From Haplodiscus bocki (taxonomy: Eukaryota): a DNA stretch of 64,000 bases. This document shows, one piece after another, positions 52,073-64,000 of the stretch. The notes below the pieces were generated by a model. It was given only the letters and a program-made list of their open reading frames with translations. It had not been told where the DNA came from and searched no databases. Made by a program: the position numbers and the translations under genes. The stretch's first letter is position 1; each line of letters starts with the position of its first letter. The stretch covers positions 46,004,001 through 46,068,000 of the forward strand of contig OZ296654.1 in the NCBI GenBank assembly GCA_965655095.1, read 5' to 3'.

Positions 52073-52546
52073 AGTAGAGTACAAAAAGGCATTTGACGCC
52101 AAGAGCCGCGGACGCACAGGTTCAACAAAAAATAACCACTACCAAAATATAAATGACACCATACACAAGTTAAAATCGTATAAAATTAGAAAATAGGATA
52201 AAATATAAATACAAAACAAAAATTTAAAAAATAAGATAAAGCATAATTACATAACAAAATAAAAAAAAAGATAAGTTATACTTATATGAAAAATTATACT
52301 TTAACGAACTCTAAAAGTAAAAAATTAAAATTCACTTTCGTACATGGAAAAAAATATACTTTATCAATGATGCAAAATTAAAATTATACATTGTCAATAT
52401 TCAACTTTGTGTATGTATAAAATAAAAAAAGATAATGTTTGATTATACTTTGTGTATGGTGTCATTTTTATTTTGGTTATTGTTAAAAATTCTTGAACCT
52501 GTGTGATCCTTGTCTTTTGACGTCAAATGCCTTTTTGTACACTACT
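52073..52546. repeat. Fold-back pair of Polinton termini (~100-bp inverted arms, 474 bp total)
   Basis: AGTAGAGTACAAAAAGGCATTTGACG...ATGACACCATACACAA at 52073-52168 versus its reverse complement at 52449-52546, ending ACTACT. Confidence 0.88.
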
Positions 52547-52599
52547 AGTCGTGAAATTATAAAATTATGTTGAATTAGAAACAAAATAGGAAATAGAAA

Positions 52600-53082
52600 A
52601 TTGCATACAATTTTTACTTCAATAGATTGAACAATTTCTGGGATGCGAAATGAAAAGGATTTTCCATATCATTGCGAAAATTATTTATATATTCTCGATA
52701 TTGAGAAATTTTTCCAAAAAATTGTCCAGGACACATCGGTATTTGGAACTTTAGATAAAAACTTATGTTTATATATCGTCAATAGGAAAAAAATTTTCTT
52801 GTTAGTTTGTTTATTTGATTAAATAGAAAACCATTTTGTCTAGCAACTTTCAATTTTTTGATTGATTCATACAAATTCTAGCTGTTACCACTAATTGTCA
52901 AATTAGTTATTTCATTATTAGTGATATTTTTAAGTTTAATATCATATATACGTTTAAATTTAAAATTATGGAAAAAATCGTTATGACAATCATTAAATGA
53001 ACACTCTATTACGGAATCTGTTTCAGTAATGAGTGGGTTATCAAACTAATAATCCTTCACAATATATTATTCGTTTTCATCC
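52600..53082 (-). pseudogene. Small Polinton ORF downstream of pPolB, decayed
   Basis: MDENEYIVKDY*FDNPLI...DCHNDFFHNFKF...RQNGFLFNQINKL reads as a single decayed frame. Confidence 0.45.
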
Positions 53083-53305
53083 AATTACTAAAAATGAATT
53101 AATTGAAGTAGAAGAAATGTTTTCCATAAAATCATCTTAAAAAGACTAAAATTAAGAAATAAGTCATCTCCTACTCAAAAATTCAAAAAAAACATGGTAG
53201 CATAATTAAAACCATCTCAAATATATTTAAATCCAACATTTTTACATTTCATAATACAAATACAATAACACCTCCCCCTTTCAGATGAAAACATAACCAT
53301 ATTTT

Positions 53306-56300
53306 TTAGTTCCATGGCAAACTCTTAAGTTTACTTAAAAACTTCCTTTTGTCATCAAAAATAGATAATGTCGATTTTTTTACTTCTTGAAGATACATTT
53401 CATGGTCAATTGAACGAAGAATATAATTATTGAATTCTCTTTGATATTTTTTCCATCCAAACTTTTTTTTATAATCTTCAAATTTTTTATACTTTGTTTG
53501 AGATTTAGAAACACCTTTCAATATATTTTAATACCATCTCTATATTTGAACGAATACATTTCACTTCCCAGACAAACAATTTAATCAACCCAAATATTTT
53601 TAGGAGTTTCAATTTTAAAAATGGCCTTTACTTTTTTTTATTTTTAATACTAAATAACTCATGATTTTCATTCAAATTGCTGAAATCATATAAGTCCTCA
53701 AGATTTTTTTTTAGGTCTGTGATAATATTCATTGTATTTACACTTAATATGAAGCTATCAGTATCCATATAGTGTAATTGAACAATTTCCTGTCTAAAAT
53801 ATGGTTGTTGTTTATCATATTATGCTTTGAACATGTGTACTTTACCCAATTCCAAAACAGCAAACCTTAAAAAAATGGCTTATCCATCTTAACTTCATTA
53901 TGCACAAACGAATAACTATTACAATCTTTGATGTGGTTCATGAACTCCATTGAATGATATTTTAGATTGTTGTTTTGTTATTTTGTTATATTCATAGTTT
54001 TTAATAAATTCTAAGCTCAAACGATGTCGCACAATTTTCATCGTTTTACCGTAAAAAGCGTTGTTTAGTAAAATATAGGAGTCTTTTTCAAAATCATTTT
54101 TAGCCTTTTTGCTTTTTTGCGTATTAAAACTTATAAATTTTTCCAACCACTTACTGTGTTTAAACGAAAGTATCTCATGAATTTTATTAACTATCATACC
54201 ATTTCCAACATAAGAATTAAACATCTTTTATTGCATTAAATTTTTTCTTTTTATATGTCCGATCACATAATAACTTTTTAGGTTTTATATAATTCTTGGG
54301 GCGTTATTTTTTTCATTTAATCATTATATTTATCTTTAGGAATAACTTTGTTTTCAGGACAATATGGAAATTGTTTTGTTTTTTTTTTTGTATTATCAGG
54401 ATATCTTAAATCAACTTCAAGGATATAACCAATATCACTATTATCTGGAGTATATGAAAATTCTTCTAATTTATTCATATAAAGATGTGGATGGCCATAC
54501 CTTATTTCAATTTCATCATGAATTAACATTTTCAGACATTGAACGGCCATACAAATTAGTAGCATCTATGTTTAAAATCTTTTTAACTTCATCTGATTTT
54601 ACATACCTATCTGACATTACTGAACTTATACCACCTCGTATATTATTTTCTAATAACAAAATCAAATCTTTATCTTGAAGCGTTTGTAGATTTATTCCTC
54701 TATATTTTAAACCATATTGCCAAGAATAACCAGATAGGCTAACACAATATTGAAGATTTATACCAAATTCAATATTTGATACTTTTATAAGTTTTTCAGA
54801 AACACATGCAAGTAAGAGAACATCACTTTTTAAGTATACTCTAGTTAGTTCTTCCTCATTTTTAATGTTACACAGTTTAAAAATTTGTTTTGTTCGTTCT
54901 TTTTCTTTATCATCAGGATAATCATTTTTTGTTTCACTGAGGAGGTCTTTTTTTTAAATTGTTAACAGGTTTTTCATAGTCTTCCACACTAATAAAACAT
55001 TCATATGGTTATGCTATTTTTTAATTAAATATTTCCACTTATTATCAGCAAAGGTTGTTTTCAAAAATTCCAGATCATTTTTACCTTTATAATTAATTAA
55101 AGCTTCTTCTAATTTTTCATATTTGACTGAATAATCTTTCTTTAAATCTTTAATAGAATCATTATTATAACTATCTTCTTTGATTAGTAGTTTTATTTCG
55201 TTAACAATAACTAAAAATTCATCATTATCAACGAGTTCTTCTCTCAAATTTTCCAATGTTTTATGATTATTACCAATTAATGTTTGAACTATTGAATCTA
55301 AGCTGCTTGATAAAAATCGATAACTATCTATAGACCTAATACAACCATATCTAACTGAAATATATTTTTCATTTGCTTTAGGTATAATTTTAAATTTTAA
55401 TTTATTAATCTTTTTATCAACTCACTTTTTAAAAATCAGATGACAATCATAATCACTAAAATTGTGAAATACAGATGTTATAAAAACACTCTGATCTTGA
55501 GTAACAATATTTAGGAAATTTACTATGAGCTGGACTTCTGTTTTTACAAGTCCCATGACAATGATCTATAACTTTAACAGACTCGAAATTTTTCTCACAA
55601 AATCGACAAATATTATTATTTTTAAAATCTTTTTCATCTTTCTCTGTCTTAATGATTTTTTCCTTAAAGTTTTTGAAATAGAGAGACATTTTGTTTTCTA
55701 ATTTTCTGAACTCTTCCTTAAACCGATCTACATTATTAGAACCTAAAGGAAATTTATAAAAACTACTTTGTAAAAAATCTTCAAATTCAGATTCTATATG
55801 ATAACCGTTAAGTATCGGATTTTGTTGATAAATATTATTTGTTTTATTACCTAAACAAGAAATATCAATTTCGTTATCAGCTTCACAATCTGCATAAATC
55901 CAAAAATATAATGTATTTTTATGAAAATGAATTTTCCAAAGAAGATGTGATTCACTTGAAGCTCTAATAGTAGTCATATTATAATTTTCACATTTTGGTT
56001 TTTGTATCATTAACATATTTTGACCTGTATATGAATTCAAACATCGTCTACATATAAAATTTTTTTGGTGATCTCCCAAAAGTACATTTAATTTTTTAAT
56101 GAGAGCAGAATGATTTTTATAGATTAATAGGTCTACAACTCTATCTGATTCATCAGTTTTACTAACTTCAATAGGAATAAAATTGAGTTTCCATTTGTTT
56201 TGATCTCGTTAAAAGTTTAATACAAAAATGTTAATGGATAAAATGTTTATTTTATCAAACTTATGCATATCACTACAGTTAAAACCATTACTAAAATCAA

Positions 56301-57192
56301 AACCTTCAATGTTTAATTCATTGGAATATAGTCAATAATTAAAAACTCTGTTAGGTTGATCATCATTAGAGGGACGAAGACTAGCTAAAATTGACCAAAT
56401 AAAACAAAATTGATCATCATTTCTAATATTTATTAAAGCAGAAGACCTCAAAGGTAAATTTACATAACTCGATCCATTTAAGTCTCCTGTTTTAGAAAGT
56501 CTGATTTTCCTTGAGTTATATTTATCAAAAATCCAACCAATTTCCTTTGTTTCTTGAATTTGAATTTGATGTTCTAATTGAGATTTAACGTCATCATTAT
56601 CAATGTCAGATTCTGTTAAATTTTGATTGAAATTGAAAATAATAAAGAATTCAGTTTCATCACATCTTTGATCTTCTTCTTTAATCTTATAAAGGCAAGC
56701 TAAAAATATTATAGGATATTTAAAACTATTTTGTTTCAGTAATCTAGCGTAAATAGTAGCCATCTCTTTTAGGATTTTATTGTTATAACTTGTTTCAATT
56801 CCGAAATCTGGATACATTGGTATAATGGAGAAGATAGAATTTGCATGGATAATATTATGGCTTTGTAGATTAATTTCGAAACCCATTTTTAAAATTTCAT
56901 CAATGAAATAATATGTATTAATCATCTTTTTAGCTAGTTCTTTTTCTATTTCTTTATCATCCTATTCAATATTATTTCTAGCTATCTGTCTTAATGATTG
57001 ACAGTAATGCAGTTTTTTTTCAGTTTTTTTTCATAGGTGCTTGCTCCTCTCTAAATAACCATTCTGGTATAATCATTTCATTTTGTTTTTCATTTTCTAA
57101 TTGTGTTTTTCTAATTTACTTCTTAAGTGTTTTTGCATAGATGCTCTTCGAACATCAACGTTACAAATTCTACATCTGGGGCTGTTTCCCAT
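53306..57192 (-). pseudogene. Protein-primed DNA polymerase B with N-terminal zinc finger and internal endonuclease VII-like domain, decayed
   Basis: CRICNV..KHLRS; GSSYVNLP..INIRNDDQFCFIWSILA; IYADCEA (Exo I); CRFC..DHCH; FHNFSDYD (Exo II); YLKSDVLLL (Exo III); IRGGIS..DATNLYG (motif A); LLNNAFYGKTM (motif B); YMDTDS (motif C). Confidence 0.93.
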
Positions 57193-57262
57193 TTGCGTCT
57201 CTGTTTATATAGTACTAGTTTATTTGAAATAAAAAACACCTTATTCAAAAATATATTTAAAA

Positions 57263-57560
57263 AATGGAAAAAAAATCTGTACTAAATTTATTATAAAAAA
57301 AACTATAGAAGATTTTCCCAACAATTATACAGAATGTAAAATTTGTAATAGTAATAGAAGTTTAAAACGTTACTATGATAATAAAGATAAATTAACAAAT
57401 CAACGAAAAATATATTATGAAAAAAATAGAGATAAACTATTACAAAAACAAATAACAGATTTATATATTATAAAAAATTACTTAGATCCTATGTTGATTT
57501 AGAAAACAAGCTAATAGTGATGGAAGAAAAATTCAAAACTAATGACTCAGAAATCAAATA
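57263..57560 (+). pseudogene. Small Cys-containing, Lys-rich ORF upstream of the integrase
   Basis: MEKKICTK...TECKICNSNRSLKRYY...KIYYEKNRDK, frameshifted. Confidence 0.5.
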
Positions 57561-58390
57561 CATTTTTCACAATCGTAGTTTTATTCAGAGGATCAAAAAA
57601 GAATTACCCCACAAACAAAATAGACGTTTAACATAACGATGACGTTTGGAGTTCAAAACTTTTAGATTTTAAAGATTACGGTTCTGAAAACAAGAGAGGT
57701 TATAGATATGTTTTGGTGGTAATTGATATTTTCAGTAAATTTGCATGGACAGAACCAATCAGAAACAAAAACTCCATAACATTAAGAAACTCTTCAGAAA
57801 ATATTCTTATAACTTCCAAAAGGAAAGCAAATTTAATCGAAACTGATTCGAGGAAAGGGATTTTACAACAACAATTTTCAAAATATTTAAATAACATTAG
57901 TATCAAAATAATTCTCGGAACACAATTTAAGGAGCAGTTTTTGAAAAAAGATTTAATAGAACTGTCAGAGATCTTTTAAAAGACTGTTTTTGAAAAGGGT
58001 GACACTACTTGGACAGACATTTTATCCACAATAACGAAACAATATAATTATAGATTTCCTTCATTTACTAACCTAACTCTAATAGAAGCTTCATTAAAAA
58101 GGAATGAAGGATATGTTTACCATAATTTGTTAGACAAACGAAAGAAAATAAAACCAAAGTTTCAAGTAAACGACCTCGTTCGAGTTGCTGATTTAAGAAA
58201 AACATTCTGAAAAGGAGATGCGACTAATTTGAGTTACATAATATATGAATTTACAGAAATTATTACTGATATATTACCGAGTTATCGGATTGACAATTTA
58301 CCAGAGCGTTATAATGAAACCTTGTAAAAAAAGACAGAATTAACAACGAAAGAAAATAAAGATGTTATGGAAAAAATAACTATCACTTAG
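57542..58390 (+). pseudogene. Retroviral-like DDE integrase, decayed
   Basis: DDVWS..LD, GYRYVLVVIDIFSKFAW, LIETD, KPKFQVNDLVRVAD. Confidence 0.9.
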
Positions 58391-59645
58391 ATCAAATCAA
58401 AACAACGTTGTTCATTACTACTGATTCCAACTAAGTTAGTTGTTAACACCAGAGCATATCCATTTAAATCATTAGGAACGACTCCATCAAGTTTAAACTT
58501 TACTTTAATGGGTTTGAAAGCTGTAAAAGTTTGTTGATATCTCATATGGAAAACAAATAAACTATATCCAAGCTCCACAACCCCAACGTTTGAATATCTA
58601 GAATCATCATCAGATATATAAGGTTGGAGGATGCCATGTTTTGTACAAGCTCTGAAAACTTCTTTAATTTGACTATAACCTTGACTATATTCATCGTCAT
58701 TGTAATTTAATATTATTCCAGTATCGGGGTATATTACCGTTTCAATAACAGCTTGAGCACTGGTAACTGGTAGTCTACAGAAACTATCGTCATTCAAATT
58801 TTGTGAGTCTTGTCTATCTCCTGTCTAAATCCATTAATTATCCACATAAGATCTTTCGTGCTTTCTTGAGACCCCAATTTGAAGGTCTATAGGTTTTGAT
58901 TAATTACGTATTTCATAAAAACAGATCTTTCAACATATCTGAGCTAAGTGTGTGTTCTACATAAAATTTGTTTAGATAAAATACCTTGTTGTTGAATGGA
59001 TGGTGTATATTGGGGTACATACCAGTGAATATGATCAATTTTAATTCTAGCATCTCCTATTGCCACATCTTTTTGAAGAACGGCATCGTCTTTATTTCTT
59101 GTTAGTGTTAGTTTATAACCGAGGCCATAGGTAGCTTTTTGTTGGTTTTCTGCAAGTTCAAAATCATGTTTGAGCATAATTCTAAGACGAAATTTACCTT
59201 TTATAATTTTGTTATTAGTCAACTCTTGCTGTCTCCCATTTCGATCTCGATCAAAACCTATCGATAAATCAAAAGTAGTTTTCGCACTAGTAATTAGTTT
59301 ATACATTAAAGAAGTTGTGTTACTATTAGTGATATCTTCCAAGTGTTTTCCACTGCTTGTTGTCAATTTAAACTTAGATAATAAAGCAACAGGTCCTATA
59401 TTAACTAACCGTATATCATCACCGTTTGCATATCTGGAATTATCAGCTCTTTTGATAACTTCAAAGTTTAAATCTAGATAACTATTTAACAAAGAAGTAA
59501 GGGAATCCTCTCTAGGTATGTTGATATATATTTGACTATTAGGAGTATTTATTGTAGATATGTCTGCAGGTGAATACCTAATATAATCACATTTCAAAAC
59601 CTTCTATCAACTCCATAATTTTCACTTGTTTTGAATATTCAACAT
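58387..59645 (-). pseudogene. Major capsid protein (family C), decayed
   Basis: ORFs 58944-59597 and 58387-58797 form one beta-rich ~400-aa frame (IYINIPREDS..SYLDLNFEV; IKIDHIHWYVP; YSLFVF). Confidence 0.75.
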
Positions 59646-59689
59646 AAAAAAAAACAAGTTTTTGTACATTTAAATTTGTCTATACACAC

Positions 59690-59930
59690 AATTATGCGGG
59701 TATACATACAATTTTATGAGTTTTCATATTTGTGTATATATACAAAATTATTTCTATTTTATATACAATTATATGAGACTTCATGTTTGTGTAGACATAC
59801 AATTATATGAGTATTTATACTCTTTCGTGTATATCAATTATATCAGTATTCATACGTACAATTATATGAGAAAAAATATTTTTTTATTCATACTTTTTTA
59901 TGAGTAATTATACTCTTTCGTGTATAACAC
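59690..59930. repeat. Degenerate tandem repeat (ATACAATTATATGAG unit)
   Basis: At least five recurring ACAATT(A/T)TATGAG-like units. Confidence 0.75.
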
Positions 59931-59947
59931 TAAAATTGTAATGACGC

Positions 59948-60950
59948 TTATTTTTTCTTCGTGTGTAAGAGGTGACATTTCAGTAGTTTTTGTTTATGTT
60001 GTTTCTTCGTTATACTTTTGTATTCTAACAATTTATCAAGTATGACAACAATTTCTTCCTTAACCATATCAGAATTGTTTCCGGCTCGTTTTTCTTGTAG
60101 TATTAATTTTATTCTATCACCTAAATTGTTGAACTCAGATGGTAAAAATATTGTATTTGAAATACCAGAAGCAGGAATCAATGAACCTGGTGATTTAAGT
60201 AATTTTATAAGTGTCTTATCTCGAGTAGATTTATTACCTGGAGCTTTTACATCAAAATACATCTCCTTTGCAAAGTCATACATTAATTTTTTTATCCGAT
60301 AAAGTAGCTAGATCAACATTATAGTTTTTATTAGTTATCACTTTCAAAAGGTCTCATTTTAATTCGACTTCCTTACCTGTATGACGAAAGGTTAACAAAT
60401 TGTTATACAGAGTAAGTGGTATTGTATTGCGTATTAGCAAATCATTGACTCTATTTGAGTTATGTTTTTTTAAATCTAAATTGACTCGTAGTTTCAGGAT
60501 CAATGATTTTAGATAGAGGAGACAGCAAATACGATGCTTTTGTACCTCTAACATTCAATATTTTTAGAAGTTCGTCGTTTAAATTCTTCTTTGCTTTGTT
60601 GTTTCTAATAGAGATTTCTGTTCTAGTTTTAGTTAGTTTTAAAGAAGTGTTTTTTATTGTATCAGTAATTGGTTCACATACTTTTTTAAAATTCTATTGA
60701 AAGTTTTGTTTTCGTTTTGTGTCTTGTAATCGGAAGTCGCCTACTTGACTTTTTAATGGAGCTAGCTCTTCTAAATCTTCTAGTTCTTGTCTGTTTTTGA
60801 TTGGTAACAACATTTAAAAGATTTGAAAACATAGGTTGGGTTCGTTTTTGAAGCAGATCACAATGCAATAACTTCCTTGACATATAAAATTTTTGTTTTT
60901 TTTTTTCATATACTTTAAAAAGCTTCACTTTCCGGAATGCATTCAATCTA
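59948..60950 (-). pseudogene. Conserved Polinton protein with C-terminal L-x-D-R-I-x-L...AGN motif, decayed
   Basis: IFLPSEFNNLGDRIKLILQEKRAGNNSDMVKEEIVVILDKLLE resembles the DPNEL..RL...AGN motif recalled from Maverick proteins. Confidence 0.65.
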
Positions 60951-61691
60951 TGTGTCTTTGCTTTCATTGAAAATACGATTATTACATTGATTTCTATTTT
61001 TAGTCATATCAATACAAAGATAGTTAAATTTTTGATTCCAAGCTTTATGACACATTTCTTTGAATTCATCATACTTTATACCATAACCTCCGATATCTTT
61101 ATACATAGTTTCAACATCTCCTAATGTTTGTTTAAAAGGTATAAGTCTATCCCTGTTATTTCTAATGCTTTGTCTCGGTAAACCAAAATAGCTTTGGCTA
61201 ATGTAATAAACGTCTAAATTTTCTTGCTTGCCTGTTGTGTGGAATTTATCTATTTGAGAACTGTTAGGAGCTCCTAACATATCATCGAAAATAACAACTG
61301 ACCCTTTGTTTTTACCTATTGGTTTAATATCAATACTTGTTTTTTGATTTGGATTTTGATTGCGTGATCGGTTAATTATATGGATAGTTCTTTTGTTACA
61401 TATTTTTTCAAGTATTTTCAATATGTATTAAGTTTTACCAACGTTTCTTGGGTCAATAACAAAATAGGCGTGATTTTCATATGTTGAGACACTAAGGTTG
61501 TTGACATTGTTTTTGTTATTACTAACGTTTGCAATTTTTGGTTGGTTTGAAATAATAATTTCAATTTGGAATAAATCCTTGTTGTTGTTTTTCTTTCTGT
61601 TTTTATTGTAACAGCTTTTGCAAACAGTTCTACTTTTTAGGTAGTTATTTTTATCTATATATTTTTTACACACACTACATTTTCGGTTCAT
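60948..61691 (-). pseudogene. Packaging ATPase with N-terminal CxxC...CxxC zinc ribbon, one stop codon
   Basis: CSVC...CKSC; IDPRNVGKT (Walker A); VVIFDDM (Walker B); YYISQSYF; IRNN. Confidence 0.88.
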
Positions 61692-61696
61692 TTATT

Positions 61697-62000
61697 AAAC
61701 AGAACAGTTCCTTTTAGGTAGAATAGAACAGAACAATTCACATTACCTTTGAACAGAACAGAAAAGAACAGAACAATTCACATTACTGTTGAACAGAATT
61801 TTTGATATTTAATTATAACAGAACAGAACAAATAATAACTAGTTATAGCAGATTATTTCACATTAGCATTGAAAAGAACAGTTATTAACTAGTTATAACA
61901 GAACAGTTCACATTAGCATTGAACAGGACAGTTTATGTCAGACATTAACATTAAACAGAACAGAACAGAACAGAACAGAAGAATTCACAAAAACATTGAA
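61697..62000. repeat. (AACAG)n microsatellite / minisatellite
   Basis: Repeated AACAG runs and TTCACATTA units. Confidence 0.85.
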
Positions 62001-62089
62001 CGGATTTTTAACTCTTAGGTTCTAGGTTGAAATTTTAAATGAATATGACCAGAAAAATTAATTTTATTTTTCTGTTCATATTTATAAAA

Positions 62090-62625
62090 AAGATTCTCTT
62101 TTTGTTTGATCCAAAGATTTAGTAATTATTTTACATAGACTTTCATTTCCTTTTTTTATCAATTATAATATCTTGTAAAGATTTTCTGTATAATTTATCG
62201 AAAGATTTAATTGTTTGTTGATCTCTTTCATATTGTTTTTAAATTTTATTGTTTTTATTTATGATTAACTTATGTAATATTTTGTTACCTAATGATAGGG
62301 TGCACGCTATTCCAGCTGACTTTGGTAGAATAATCGTAACAACACCAGTAATCGATAGAGTCAAAGAAGGTGACGTTCCTCCAATAATAACGATTGTGTC
62401 TACTGATTCTAATATTGTGTTTCGTGTTCTATAAATTTTATAACTCTTTTTCGATTTGTTGGTTTTATCTTTGAAATAGGTGATCATCTCTTTAATGTTA
62501 TTAAATGAGTTATTGAAACTGTTAACATCATTCTTTTTTTTCTCTAATCTTTGTTCTAATTAAATTTTTTCCAACGGGGCGCTTGGGTATATTCTATCTG
62601 TTTTGTGTTCCTTTATATAGCATAT
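62090..62625 (-). pseudogene. Two-transmembrane Polinton accessory protein, decayed
   Basis: Coiled-coil-like region, then hydrophobic TILESVDTIVIIGG..LSITGVVTIILP..GIACTLSLG. Confidence 0.55.
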
Positions 62626-63020
62626 TTTATACAAATTTACCAAGGTGAAGACCTTTTCCGGTGTGAAAAAAATAATAACTTCAGGTAATGTTGATAGAGC
62701 TGCTTTAGGACTTTTAGTTTCAGCTGCGGTAGCAATGTTTGAGGTATATTCCAAAACTCTGTCTGGATTTCTTAATACATTAGTTGCTATTTTTTACCAG
62801 CTTTAACAGAAATCCTCCTAAATTTTTGAAGAAACTACCTAGTCCTTCAACTTGAATTGTATTATCATTAACAGTCATGCTTTTTTTCTGTTACAAATTG
62901 AACAATAACCAATCGGTATTTTACTAATTTTAGATGTCATATCACCATGAATTATTTTTTTAGAAGATCGATGTCTACCACCAACACAATATCTATCACT
63001 TCTAAATGTTTGAAAGCTCT
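62625..63020 (-). pseudogene. Zinc-ribbon plus amphipathic-helix (core/membrane-lytic-like) protein, decayed
   Basis: YCVGG...GYCSICNRKKS followed by EGLGSFFKNLG and an Ala-rich helix. Confidence 0.55.
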
Positions 63021-63029
63021 TTTATTAGT

Positions 63030-64000
63030 TCAAATTTTGATCATTCGTAATCTGTATGTCAAGGTTTCTTGGCTAAAAGCAACTTTTTCATGATTATCGT
63101 CCTCTAAATAGATTGTTATAGTATTCAAAACAAGTTTATTTGTTTTTTGTAATGTATTGTTTCAAACTCACAAAAATATTCGTAACCAGGAGGTTTATCT
63201 AAATTAAATTTATAAAGTATTGGTTGTCCAACATCGTTTGTGACACTGCCCTCAAAACAATCACATTTCAAATGAATTTTATTTATTGTACTTAAATTTC
63301 TTTTTTTTTCACTATAGTACTCATTACCATAACTTTTAGAAGCCCAATATGGAGTGAAACCTAAGATTTTATTGAAAAACGATTTTTTGTCAAACCTCAA
63401 AACATGGATATGTGGGCCCAGATTCAATTTAGTTATCAAGGAAACGTTATCATCATCGACGAAAATTGAATCAGATTTATCATGTTTATGACTTGGTCTG
63501 AGTTTTCTGATTTCAAATTCATTTTTAAAACCTATTGAAAGAACTTCAGAAAGATCTTTAAACGAGTAAACGCCTAGAGAATTTCTATGTGTGACAATTT
63601 TTGAACTTATATTGTTTTAAAATCAACTGAATATCATTTTCATCTAGATGACTTAAGTTTCTAAGATAACTCTCAAAATCTCTAAATGTTGATTGGATAT
63701 AGTTCAATACTAATATAACAAAACCTTCTGTCTGACTCTTTTCTGTAGATAGTTTCCTATAGGTTTTAATAAAATTTGGCCCATTTATTTCTTGTTCTAA
63801 ATCCTCAATGGAAATATCTGAAAGACCAAGCACTTCTGCTACCTTTTTTTTTAATCGGTGAACGAAAGTTCACTGTCGAGAGGTTGTATATAAAGTTCAA
63901 ACTTGTTACTTTCTTCCATTTTATTAAAAATAGAATTGTAAATTTCCAAAATCGTTAATCCAATCATCCAATCTCCTTTAATTTGATTTGGCGGATTTAA
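63030..64000 (-). pseudogene. Minor capsid (penton)-like protein, decayed, start outside window
   Basis: KILGF...INKIHLKCDCFEGS...ILYKFNLDKPPGY...ITIYLEDDN pattern typical of Polinton single jelly-roll pentons. Confidence 0.7.

Larger units (their letters stand above)
52073..64000 (-). mobile_element. AT-rich Polinton/adintovirus-like element of a distinct lineage (family C), running off the window end
   Basis: pPolB, integrase, MCP, ATPase and penton-like genes; AGTAG terminus; sharp drop in GC content. Confidence 0.92.

Noticed and set aside
53306-57192. Alternative genetic code or programmed frameshifting rescuing the viral ORFs
   Set aside because: Breaks include all three stop codons plus random indels and mutated catalytic residues, consistent with neutral decay.

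Overview
AT-rich eukaryotic (probably invertebrate animal) genomic DNA with no intact host gene recognisable. About 60% of the window is decayed Polinton/Maverick (adintovirus-like, protein-primed PolB) endogenous elements from at least three lineages; every gene is frameshifted or carries stops. (1) A + strand copy at ~8665-16565 with accessory genes, packaging ATPase, integrase, penton, core peptide, hexon, protease and a right TIR ending CTACT. (2) A related minus-strand copy at 22462-34670 whose partner TIR and own pPolB 3' part lie at 37889-40260. It inserted into the pPolB gene of another Polinton subfamily with a 6-bp TSD, and the two halves of that gene (35400-37888 + and 20700-22461 -) are now inverted 15 kb apart. 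(3) A very AT-rich, distantly related Polinton at ~52073-64000 that starts with a fold-back pair of termini. Also present: two LTRs (20081-20490, 47278-48035), a possible BEL/Pao remnant, and a diverged direct duplication (1-4250 vs 44560-50470) carrying decayed ORFs. The most unusual observation is a pair of inverted, dead capsid genes 10 kb apart that share four frameshifting indels and a 110-bp 100%-identical core. Most coordinates are approximate and come from manual reading; family assignments rest on motif recognition, not database searches.
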